In this document: positions 25,710 to 37,684 of the stretch, piece by piece
Position numbering within the stretch: the stretch's first letter is position 1
How the letters are laid out: each line of letters starts with the position of its first letter
DNA from: Lingula anatina
Taxonomy: Eukaryota > Animalia > Brachiopoda
DNA length: 64,000 nucleotides
Assembly: GCA_051362555.1 (NCBI GenBank)
Contig: CM120641.1
Span: forward strand, 18,104,001 to 18,168,000
Direction of reading: 5' to 3'
Notes under the pieces: model-generated
The model's database searches: none
What the model saw: the letters and a program-made list of their open reading frames with translations, nothing else
What the model was told of the DNA's origin: nothing
Translations under genes and position numbers: made by a program

Positions 25710-27576
25710 CTTTCTATTTTTCGTTAACGACATTAATTCCTTCTCACGTCTCGTTCTCACTATCATTTTGTCTCTATTTAGGGCAATGTGTTGTTTAAAT
25801 GAATCTCACTTGAACGTTGTTCGCCTTATCTTGTTTACACTACTATAGTACCCACTGTCCTTACTTTCCACGATAGGAGATGGGATGACACGTAACGGGA
25901 CTTTATTTAAAGAATGTAGATATCAGCCTGGGCACTGCCTGAACGACACAATTTGCGAATTTAGAGGCCCGTTTCCAAACTTGGATGGATTTGCTGTCTC
26001 TAATGCGCGAAAATAATGTATGCTAAAGAGAACTGCAAAGAGGATTTTCGTAAACAAGGGGGATTTTCTCAATTCAAGTTGGTGATTTATTTGTTTGAAT
26101 CACGCTTCTGAATAACAGAGATGCCTAGACTTATCCCCTCTTGCGAACAGAGATCCTGAGTAAATATGATAAGGTTACTTTTTAACGAAATGAGTTGTTT
26201 AGAACAAACAACGCATTAATTCTTCGCAAAAGCTACATTTTTGTCGAGGAGGAAATAAGTACTTCAAAGTTGAACATTACATTAAGCTGTGTCAAACGAA
26301 GACCCGGATGACGGTAATAAGATAATATTTCACAGAAAAAAAAACGGAAGCATGTTAGACTGTTTTCACATTCTGATATGTGGATTTTTATTCATTTTTT
26401 CATTTTCCCCACCCTACCATAAAAATGTAATACAAACATAAGCTTTAGAACTTAAATAAGCTGTGGCGGAAACCGCCCGTTTGCAAAGATTCTGAAGAAA
26501 GAAGAAAGATTCAACCTTAGACTTAGTGTCACAGGAGGGGTCCCTTGGTGTCACTGCTTCTATTCAAATTTGACATTGATATTTCTGTCCCTTTGACAGC
26601 TCTGCAGCCTTGTTTCTCTTTCTTTGCAGTCAGCGACGATATGAATTCAAGGCATTCCAGTGGTCTTTTCCTTATCCAGTTCTCTGTCATTACTTGAATA
26701 TATCATTTAAGAACGTGCCCGTTCCAACTTTACACATGATAACGGTACGAAATAAATTACAACTAAGATAAAGGTCTTAAGGGTTCAATATCGGGTCAGG
26801 TTTGTGCGGTAGAAGTATTCGTTGCTCCATCTCTCACTCGACAGACCTTACGTTTATCGACACATGTAATAACGTAACCACACAAGAAAAGAATTCTTTA
26901 TTGGTAGCATAACTCATGTATCATGGCATATGACAGTTATTAAGAGATATGTCCCTTTCAAATTCAATCTTCAGTAAAAAAAATTGACATCTCTTTATTG
27001 ATACAAATGTCATCAATTGCAGGTAATTGTGGGTAATTTGGAAATTTTCCCTAAGGAAGGATTTACTCATTTCGAGAGGACCTATTTTTGTCAAAATCTG
27101 TTAAATTGATTTGACATTTTCAATTGTGTTCTGAAAACAAACGCTAATTGAACAACGACAACAAAAAAAAAACCCATCTCGTAGAATACATGGAGTCTAA
27201 ATAGAAAAAACAGATATAACTGGTTTCTTGCAATTATAATTTTTAGAATCAGCACTTCAAAATGGCAATGACTATATTACATTATATATACATTCTTTCT
27301 ATTTGCAATGAATTACACAAAATCCTGTAAAATTTTCACTTACTAGTACACCAGAAATGCCAATAAACATAGTGATAGGTTATCACACAATGGTATACAC
27401 GAAACTGCAATAATCTAATTAGCATAAGAGAGCATAATGTAGAAGACATCCACATTGCTAAGAACTATGTATGTTTATACTGGTCAAACGACCAATGTTT
27501 TGTGCAAACTATTTTCTTTCGAAAAACCTTTAAAACCAGTTTTAAAGTTTTGAAATGTTTCTCAGTCATCAAAGAA

Positions 27577-28658
27577 TCAAGCATTGTTGATACATGTATT
27601 AAGAAATGCCACCATCAGTAGCCAGATAAACATTTTTGAAACTGAGAACACGTTCAAGTCTCCGCTATTGTTATAATTCGCGATATACTGGAGACTAAAT
27701 CCTTTTCCAGCTGCACCTGAACGATCAGTAACAAACCTAAAGAACAAGGAGTCGCCATCGACAGTAAAATCCTCGTGTGTGCGATTGACATCGCATAACT
27801 CTGCCATTTGCGTCCCGTTACTTAAAATTATGTAGAGGAAATCTCCACCCAAAGCAGCGTCGCAAGCACCCTCTTCCAAATCTATTGTTGAGTTCCAGTG
27901 GACAGAAATACTGGATGCACCTAACATAAAATTGATAATGTTAAAACATTTATTACAGTACGATTGTGTTCTTTGATGCACAACCATGTCTTCAACATAT
28001 GTTATCTTTACAATTTTTCTGTTCACCAATCTAACGTCTTTATACAGAATGATTCAGATTTGTAGTTCCTCAACACAGATGCGACAATTTAAAAAATGAC
28101 AAAAAAAATTTGAATTGGAGTGCTTAGTTAACAAAGTAACATGTATGTTACAACCATTTAACTTCAATCATGAGAATCATTGAGAATAAAATGGAGTACG
28201 GAGTTAAATTTTCAAAAATGGAGTACGGAGTTAAATTTTCAAATAGAAAAAAGTCAACTTTACCACAAACAGTAATATTGTAATAACAATCAGTGTCCCG
28301 TTTGTATGGCTGAGGATACCCAGGGGAACTGATGGTGCCCTCTTTATTGGTAAATGTAGAGGGGCCACAATCTGAAAAAAATAATAAATCAGCTCCTATT
28401 AAGTTAGCAGTGACTATGGGCACGCCGATTATTGTACAATTTGTAACAATAAAGAATAAAATATATGATAAATTAAAGAGAAAGAAAGAGAGGGGCAACT
28501 ACTAGAAATATGTTCAAAACTACATGGTAAGTTTTAAAGTCCGTAAACTCCACTTTATAGGTTGAAAGTTAATACTCACCATCATTTTGTGCTGTTCCTA
28601 AGGACAGGATAACAGACACAAAAACGGAAAAATACGCAACAGCTCTCATGACTGTCAT
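27577..28658 (-). CDS. Small secreted single-CUB-domain protein with C-terminal hydrophobic (GPI-like) tail, ~176 aa
   Basis: Exons: 28580..28658 (signal peptide MTVMRAVAYFSVFVSVILSLGTA); 28264..28371 (CGPSTFTNKEGTISSPGYPQPYKRDTDCYYNI); 27577..27920 (ACD...DFL...LC...LFFRFVTDRSGAAGKGFSLQY...MFIWLLMVAFL). First two exon sizes (79, 108 nt) match the neighbouring CUB gene. Confidence 0.85.
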
Positions 28659-29721
28659 TCCAATACACGCCAAATAGTCAGAACTGGTAACAGGAGGGTC
28701 AAACTGAAGTTAAGTTACGGCGGAAGAAAACAAGAAGCAACCCTATATCATACCCCGCAGGCTGATTAGCGTTCCTTGTGCGCTGCAGTTGCTTGGTTAC
28801 AAATTGCTTCAAAACTTCCTTGTTTCAACGTCATGATAAAGCTTCAATATAATTTCAAACAAAATGCGAAAAAATGGGCGACGTTGATAAGAAAATATGA
28901 AACTTCAAAGGGGTTGGATTCCTAAGACGTTAGTAAAGTTAATTAGCCTCTTCAAGGATTTATGGCAAGCAGGTCATTAAAAAACTTTTCAATTTGAAAT
29001 TTATGAGCGTTGCCCAATTAGATCGTTAAAAGACAGACAGATGAAATAATCGTGTTATGTGTTAGCATTGATATACATGTAGCCACCAATGAACACGTGT
29101 CCTTTTCTAAAGATGACTTTTAAATTTTAATATAAAAGTAATATAGGCCCTATTATTAAAATAACGCAATAGATTCAGTTCTGGCCGAACATATTCAAAT
29201 TTATTAATTTTAATTTGTGACTTTGTGTGTTTATTTTTTTAGCTTCCATTAACTTTCATTTCACGCTTTTTTAAAAGTTGTATTGACTTATTGTTCTAAC
29301 CGTATGCAAAGCCAGTTGACCAGAGAAAAATAATGGGCATACAAACTTTCTATTTCGGATCAATTACTCTCAATCGATGGCGTTGTGATCAAAACAATGG
29401 TGTGCGCATGTAGGCCTTTTTACATTGTATCAGATTTAGACTATGTCTCATCATGTGGGCCGTTTTTTCTACGAGGTCATTATTCAAAGCGCTAACAAAT
29501 GTTTATCAACTCAATCTTCATATAGGCCTATATCAGCTTAATTGGCCTTTGAAATGCAGACGAAAAAATTATTTGCATTGATGGTATTAAAGTCAAAATA
29601 TAAATTTCTAGAATTTCCATCAGTTTTTACTCATCAACTAGTTATGCCATGTATCCAATTAAGTTGAGAAAATTACGATCTTTCAACCTATTTTCAAGAT
29701 TCATTTTAGTTCTTGTCTAAG

Positions 29722-29737
29722 CCGCTTGGTGGCAGCA
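29722..29737 (+). promoter_or_regulatory. CTCF-like motif between the CUB genes and ZNF318
   Basis: CCGCTTGGTGGCAGCA is close to the CTCF consensus CC(A/G)C(C/T)AG(A/G)(G/T)GGC(A/G). Confidence 0.35.
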
Positions 29738-29971
29738 CCTCACAGTTACGTGTAGCTTCTGCATAGTTGTGTCATTTTATTGCAAACATAAAACTCTTTT
29801 AGTTCCTTTATAGCTTAAAACAATTCAAAATGAATCGTAAACGTACAACAGAAATATGTTTGTAGGATAAGGATAGACATTTGATTATAGTCGATGGACT
29901 GTCTTGGAGCAATAGGCAGCCATATTGCAAACCTCTGCGTGCTGCATGTTTGCAGGTGCTCGATAATAATA

Positions 29972-30610
29972 ATGGTTTACCGAGGGAGAGGAAGAGGAAG
30001 AGGGAGAGGGTTTCCAAGAGGAGGACCAGGTGGACCAAGGGGTTCTTTTCGAGGCAGAGGTCGCGGTTATCAAGAAAAATCCCCATCCCCGGACAAACGA
30101 TCTGCCGCTGGCAGCAGAGGAAGCAGTGCGAAGTCTCCGGCAGAATACGAGGACAACTTGAGAAGTGAAAGCAGGGCACGTGCACGTGCTCCTCCGCCGA
30201 CAGATGAAGGGTTGCGTATCACTGTTACCAATGAACGAATCGATAAAGATGCCGAGTCGCGGAATGGCGGTAGACTCGACTCTCGGGAGAGGGAAAGACA
30301 GCCCAGAGAGCGAGGTCAAAGAGGTCACCATGAGTCTGACCAAGCGACCAGAGGACGCTCCAGGTCCCCGTTAACAGGGCGCAAGACTGTCGAGGAGAGA
30401 CTCGGACCATCTGTGGTTTGTTGGTTATTTATACAGAGCCCTATGTAGAGATAAACTTTTTTTCGTATTTAGAATTTTTAAAATGATTTTTCATTATTTA
30501 TTTTTTAATTTGAATATTCAAACATTGCCCGTCACTGCTGACACCTTGACTGATTAAAGAATTATATAAAAAAAAAAAGACTTCAAAATACCACACAAGT
30601 CTATCATAAT

Positions 30611-30652
<42 letters not shown>

Positions 30653-33600
30653 CATCAGTGTGTATGTGGAAGGCATCCTGATTTTAGGACATTTACCTTA
30701 AAATTACATTGTCAGGACATGATGACCAGGCTGTTCATAACCAATGTCCATTTTCATTGTTGCCCCTAGTATTTTGACATTTTTGTGCGTAATTTCTGAT
30801 ATTTTCTTACTGTGAATTGAAGACTGAAAAATATAGATCTGGTTTCTTAAGGTAAGTATTAATTATAAAATGATTAAATTAAGATAATTTTTGCTTTTAA
30901 GTTGCATGAACAGTGTTGATTAAGTGATTAGAATATGATGAAGGTGATGTGTCTTGTTACTTACTGTACTCTGTACAGGCCTGTAGTCAGCAATTGCAAA
31001 GGGGGTGGTTCTTTTTCTGAAAAATTGGAGCTTTTACCATGAAACCTATATACATCTAAATCAAATTTTACCCAGAGCATACCTTTTCTCGACAAAAAGT
31101 GTGGTTCATTCAAACCCCTACTCTAGCAGCCCTAGTATGTATCTGTATATTCATTGAAATTGCTAGTGTATTCATAAACAAAAGAGGTATTATGTAGGAC
31201 AGTCTGCATTTGTGTTTTTGCTTACCTCTGATCCATTGATATACACAGCTAAAAAGCCAATTATCATGGCTGCCGATGTTTGAGTACTTTCTCAACTGCA
31301 ATCCTCAGTTGACTTAATGAAGCCCTTGCATCAATTGCATAACTCATATTGACTGTAATGGCTTCCTCTCTGACTCTAGCAAGCTCAGTTAATGTAAAAA
31401 AGTAAACAGGTCTGTTAGAGAGAGAAACCATGACAAATGGTGACCTTTTGGGCTGCTTGTGTTATTCTTCTTTATTTGGGGTGGGATGTGTGTGGATTTT
31501 TATCTTAAAATAATTCCGTGCACACAGTTTTAATATTACATCTATTCATTTTCCACAGAACAGTCCAGTGGCACTTCCAGTCGGAGGAGAATCCATACGC
31601 ATCACAGTTGGCAATGAAAAATACATGGAGAGAGCTAAAGAGGATGCTGTGAGCCGGTTAGGCCCTCCTGTAGATAGATCACCTAGGGGACCAGACCCAA
31701 GGTCAAGCAGAGATCTGTATGAAGTGAAAGATTGTGAATACAGATCAAGTTCTAGAGGAAGAGACAAAGAGTATGACAGAGAGCGCCCCAGCGAGAAGTA
31801 TGGGGAGAGAGACAGAGAACAATCCAAAGACAGAGACTTCAGGGTACGCGGACATTCAAGAGATAAAGAAGACAGGTACTTGGATGATCGTGACATGCAT
31901 TTGCGCAGGGGCTACTATGATCGCGATGAACGGCATAGGAAACAGTCTCCAGCAAGAGAAACAGATGATCGTGATAGAAGGGACAAAGATTATAGAGACC
32001 CTACTCAAAGGTATGCATTGCAGTCTGCCCCTCAACCCACTAGTATGTCAAGATCCTCTCTGCCAGACATGGGAGGCTCAGACTATGGTGTCAGGAATCC
32101 AGAATACCAACGCCAGGTACCAGATGATCGTTATTCAGCAGCAGGGCCCTCTCCAAGTGCAAGGGTGTTACCGCCTGGTATGAGGATAAAAAGTCGCAGT
32201 TCATCTTCTTCTAATTTACCTGGCAGTACTATCAGTGCACCTGAACCCAAACCTCTTAAGTCGTGTCTGAAAAAGAAAGCGCCAGAACAGCCACCACCAG
32301 TAGTGAGCTCTGAGGGAATAACCCATGTGGTAGATTATGGACATGGACGTGCTGGTGATGTTGATATGAGAGGCTTTGGTAGTGGTTCACAGAAAGAGCA
32401 AGGGCCACTGGCTGGCTTAGAAACTGTAGAGGATGAAGAAAAATTCCTCTATGGTGATGACATAGAAGAACCCACTCCTCCCAAGAAGCCAGAGATCCCC
32501 CCAGGGATCACTCATGCTAAAACATACCCACACACAGAACCTCCTTACCAGAGTAATGTAGGTGCGTCATACAAGGAAAGAGATTACTCAGGTAATCCTT
32601 ATCAAGGTATGGCAGCAAGCACAGGGTTTACCCAGGGTTCCACCAATGCTTTATATGCAGGAAATGATCGTTCACCATTTTCTGCTGGTGACCCAAGTAC
32701 ATTTTCAGGCAGGGATCATGCACATGCACCTCATTCTGCTCCTGATCCCACACCTACAGTGCACCCCAAAGAGGAAAACCCACCTCAAGACAACACTATT
32801 GAAAACATCCTGAAGAGCATAGGGTTTGATTTTGAGCTCTCTAAAAGAATGCAGGAACTTGCCCGTAAAAGGGAAGAAGGCTCAAAGAAGCCTGAAAAGA
32901 AACCGCCAGAAAGATCATTTGGCATCAAGGAATCGGCTTCTTTCTTGGGTGGTGGTCTTGATAGTGTAGATTTAGGTTCAGCTCTTGAAAGGAAGAAAGA
33001 TCCAACAAACCTGACTTCAGTTGCATATCCAGATGCAATCAGAAAGGATGACTCGGCAAAATATGCAGGAGGTAGATATACAGATCAACTAGACAGAAAA
33101 GAAGAACATGGAAAATATGCAAGCAGTGGATATTCAGATCCAAATATACAGCAGCCAAGGAACACCTATGGGGAACCTGAGTCTAGATATCCAAATTATG
33201 GTGAGGGATATCTGAAAGATGATGACCGTGAGCCCAGAGACAGAGACCTGAGGAGATCTCTGGAAGACCGGAATCTTCATGAAAGAAGTCGCAGCTACAG
33301 TCCAAGTCCTGCACCTGCCATGGAAAGTTTTGGGGAACTGTATGGGAGTAGAAAACCTAACTATAGAAGAGAAAGCTCTGATGAACGCAGCTCCAGATCA
33401 AGCAGTAGTAGCAGCAGCAGAGAAAGAAGTCTGTCAAGAGATAGGGATTCACCGAAAAACAGAAGATCATCAAGAGACAGGAGCCCTCCCAGGAATAGAG
33501 AGGGAATAGAACGACAAAGAAGTGACAGCAGCTCAGGTGTGGCAGTGCCTCCAAAAGAAACGAATACTGCCTATGTTCCTGGCTATCAATATGCAGCACC

Positions 33601-34709
33601 CCCACCCCCTGGATATGGTGCTGCTCCTCCTGTGTATCCTGCTATGGGAGGACCAGTGCCATTTGGACCACCCCCTGGGTTTAGTGGACCCCCTCCACCC
33701 CCACCACACTTGCAAGGGCCTGGGTTTGGCTATGTTCATAACCCTCCCTGGTTTGCCGGCGGTGCTGTTGGTGGGCCGCCTCCACCAAGGTTTCCTAATG
33801 AATCGGAGCCTTGGGTGAGAGAGAGGGAGAGGGAGAGGCAAAAGCAAAAAAAACGAGAAGATGAAGAATGGCTTCAAGCTGTGGAGGAGTTTACTAGGCA
33901 GACAAGCAAGCCACGAACTGTAATCCCACCAAAAGATGAGAAAAAGAAGAGACGTGATGAAAGGAGTAGAAGCAAAGATGAAACAAGCAAAGACCAAAAA
34001 GGCAAAGAAAAGGGAAAGAAGGATGAAAAACAGGAAGAGAAACAGAAAGTAAAAGAAAAACCCAGTGTGAAAAAAACTAAAAAGTCTCTCTCCCCTGAAG
34101 AAAGAGAAAAGTTGATAAAGGAAAAGGAAGAAAGACAGAAAAGACTAAAGCTGCTAGAAAGTGAACTGGAACGCTTGCGTAAGCAACAAAATGAATTAAT
34201 GCGCAAGAAGCAACGCCAAAGAGATGGTCACAAGGATCCTATTTTGGTTGAAAATACCAAATTACAAGAAGAAATTGCTACCCAGATTTCACATCTACGG
34301 CGTTCTGTTGAAGAGAACAGTGAAGTTTTAAATTCTGAAGGTGATAAACAAGAAACAGAGGAAAAACGAGAGGTGAAGATTATAAAGGTTGAAAAGCAGG
34401 ACAAATCAGAAGAAAGAATTGTGAAGACAATAGAAATAAAGCCCAAAAAGGTATGGCTCTTTATGAATATGAAACTGATCTTTTCCCATTTTTTTCTTGG
34501 CTTGATTTTTTTTCTTATGAGTTCCTTTCATGATCCTCGCAATGTTTCCATGCTAAGAATTCAGCTTGTTGAGTAATTGTATATCTTAAGTGAAATGATG
34601 ATCACAATAAAAAAGATAAGCAGTAAAGATTATTTTGTACTAAGAAATTTATTCTAAGTCACATTTTTTCTTGTGTAAAACTTGGAATTTAAAGGATTTG
34701 TTTTCAGTG

Positions 34710-34758
<49 letters not shown>

Positions 34759-37684
34759 TGTAAATATTAATCAACAAAACTATTTATAGGAGAAAAAGAA
34801 AAATGAAATCGAGGAGAAAGCATCGAATGTTTTCTACGAGTATTTTGACCCTGGCAATCATTGGTGTCGCTTATGTAATCACGTATCGCAAGATGTGTCT
34901 GAGGTGTTTAACCATTTAAAATCAAAGAAGCACCAGCAGGTAGTATTTTCACAAACATATAAATACTTATTTGTGTAAAGTGATTATTTTTATCAAACAG
35001 AGTAAAATTGAACAGTACCTGCAGAAAAAAACTAAAATTTTACCATTTAATTTATTTAAATTTCTTTTAACATTTTTTTGCTTTGCTAGAACCAAGCTGC
35101 ATTAATTTTACTTTACTTATAATCAAAAGAAAGGTCACGTGCTGTTTCCGTGTAAAATATCAATTTGTTTTTTTTTTTTGTACTTTGTTAAAGAGCATGG
35201 ATCAGAATGACAGACCATGGATGTCAGAATCTGTTCTCAACCCTCCTGTGAGACCAAAAAGTGCAAAAGTAGAAACAGTCCCCATGAAAGGTATAACAGC
35301 TTGGAATTGAAGAAGTCAATAAAGACTGACACATATTCTCATCCTAGTATCCTCTTGGGTGTTTCTTGTTATTTTCTAAAATCACTAAATCTTAGAAACA
35401 ATTAAATGAAAATGTCATCTGTTTTTTGTTTTTTATTTTTCAAAAGACTGCTGTTTGATTTTCATTCGTAAGTATATTTGTGTATGTTTGATCTAGGTAT
35501 AGAGTTTCTCATGCCTGTGGATGCATACTATTGTACCTTGTGTAAAGAATTTGCTGGTGATGCAACTTGTACTTTTGAGGATCATCTGAAGTCGAACAAA
35601 CACAGTGACAAGTACAAGGTAATTCAGTCCTTATAGTTATTATTATTAATAATAGTAAAAGTATTTATTTAAAGCGGTAAATATTTGTTTAATAGACTTT
35701 ACAATATGATTGGAGAATATAAAATACAAGTAAAGGAAAGGATAAAATTGATTAAAACAAATTGATTTAAATAATGTATAATGAAAAAATCTGTTCTCAT
35801 ATTTTATCAGAATGAACTATTATGTGTAATTTTTGTTTGTGGTTTTTATCATGTCCACATTAGTTAAATTTTTCATTGAAAACCAGAAATTTTATTGAAA
35901 ATTTTGTTAGTTTTTTTGAAGGTCTCTGCTGATTTTTAGAAAGTAAGGGTTACTTTTAGCCCCATCTAGAAAAATTGAGATACTTTGTGCATCATTGTGC
36001 TTAAAATTTTTCATGAAACTATCCATGACATATGAAGGTAGCACTTGAAGAAACTTGAAGATCCCTATTTTAGAATTGAAAGCTTGGAATAGTTTGTGTA
36101 ATTAGCAAATGTTATTAATATTCTAATCTGTCTAAAATATTAAGTCAGTTTAAAAATGTGTTCTTTTTTTTTCTAGAAATATCTTGAAGAGAACCCTTTT
36201 TATGAAAGGCGTCTTGATTTGGACCGTGCTGCTGGCACATGTAATGTCACAGGCAAGGGCAATGATAATGATGCTAACAAAGATAAGGACAGCAATTGGA
36301 CTGTAGTTGATGATATAAAAAGCCAGAAGCCAACATCAAGTACCCAGGATGAAAATGAGAAAGAGACCCTTAATTTTAGTTTAAATCAATCTGCCAAAAG
36401 GAGCTATCGTAAAAGACCTAGGTCTCCTGAACACTCTTCATCAGTTGACAGAGAATCACCAGATAGAGGCCGTTCAAGGTATCGGAAATCAGATTACAAT
36501 CCAGAGAGAGAAGAGGAAAAAAGGGCAAAATCAAGAGATTCTTATGAAAGGTCTGTGCATCAAGACAGAAGAAAGGACTCTTACTCATCGAGGGGTTATA
36601 AAAAAGGTGACAACAGAGGCGACCCTAGCAGGTCAAGAAGCTCAAGAGATGATTACTATGAAAGAAGATTGTCTGCTTCACGCAGGGATGAAAAAGACCA
36701 TCCAAAAAGTTCTAATCACAGTGATGATTCAAATGAAAAACCAGCTGCTAGTGGTGGTAGTTCCCAGGCAAACGATGGACAGTCAAAAAGCAAAATAGAA
36801 ATAAAATTCAAAGGAAAGTTGCCTGTAAAAGAAAATGTCTTAACACAGGTGAAGAAAATGCCAGTTGTCACTGCCCCAAAAAAGCCAGTCCTCATCGGAG
36901 CAAGACCCTCAGCTCTTCAGAAACAAAAGAAAGATGACCATGAAGATGACAGCTCAAAAGAGACACAGTCACTGGACATGTTCTTGTCCATCGAGGGCAG
37001 TGGTTCAGAAGTTAAAAAAGCAGTCCCCATCAAGAAGGAAAAAGAACTCGAGACGGCGATTGCCCAAGCATGGGGTAGCAAGAGCAAGATAACAACAGAG
37101 GACCAAAAGGAGCGGGAGGAGGACTTTAAGATGCTGGGTATTGAGGCAGACACCATGACTCCAGCTGCCGTTCCTGTCCCACCACCCATGCTGCCTTCTA
37201 GGGGAAATAAACCACTTACTTCCATGGCATCGTCTAGTGTGGAAGACGTATACAGTGTGTTCTTCGGTGAAGGTAAACAAGACAGCGGCCAATCTAAACC
37301 TGACTCTGGGAAGGATACTGGTGATGGTAAGGAATTTAGTGCTAAAATGTGTTTGCAAGTTAAAAAGAACTGCTTGTCTTTTTGTGTGCTTTAAAAGAGA
37401 AAATCTGCTTCGTTGTGTTTGAGAAAGTCCCCAACCCTCCATCACTGGACCTGCATATGATACATGAGATGTCAGATTTCTATGGATATTTGGTTTGTGT
37501 TGTATGTATATATTTATTCCTTATTTGTCATAAACTTATATAACACAAAACCTGATCCAAATAAGAATGTGTTTGAATTAATTTTTTTTTTAAACTCCTT
37601 TCAGATAATGCTAGCGTGGGGAGCGACCTTAGCCTGGAAATGGGCAGTGACTTTGAGGTTCTAGATGAAATAGATGCAGAATAA
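29972..37684 (+). CDS. ZNF318: ZNF318-like matrin/U1-type zinc finger protein, ~1644 aa
   Basis: Exons 29972..30415, 31559..34450, 34790..34939, 35194..35290, 35497..35618, 36177..37326 and 37605..37684 are phase-consistent. RGG and RS/RD-rich N-terminus, EDEEKFLYGD motif and coiled coil (LMRKKQRQRDGHKDPILVE). Two matrin-type fingers (YEYFDPGNHWCRLCN...H...H; GIEFLMPVDAYYCTLCKEF...H...H), followed by KYLEENPFYERRLDLDRAAG as in vertebrate ZNF318. Confidence 0.9.
34711..34755. repeat. (TTA)n microsatellite in ZNF318 intron 2
   Basis: Directly visible. Confidence 0.92.

Noticed and set aside
28184-28222. Short direct duplication AAAATGGAGTACGGAGTTAAATTTTC
   Set aside because: Ordinary intronic slippage duplication, not a CRISPR-like or functional array.
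29808-37445. Many antisense or alternate-frame ORFs over ZNF318 exons (and 51187..51798 over TAF6L)
   Set aside because: Shadow ORFs of purine-rich, low-complexity coding sequence.
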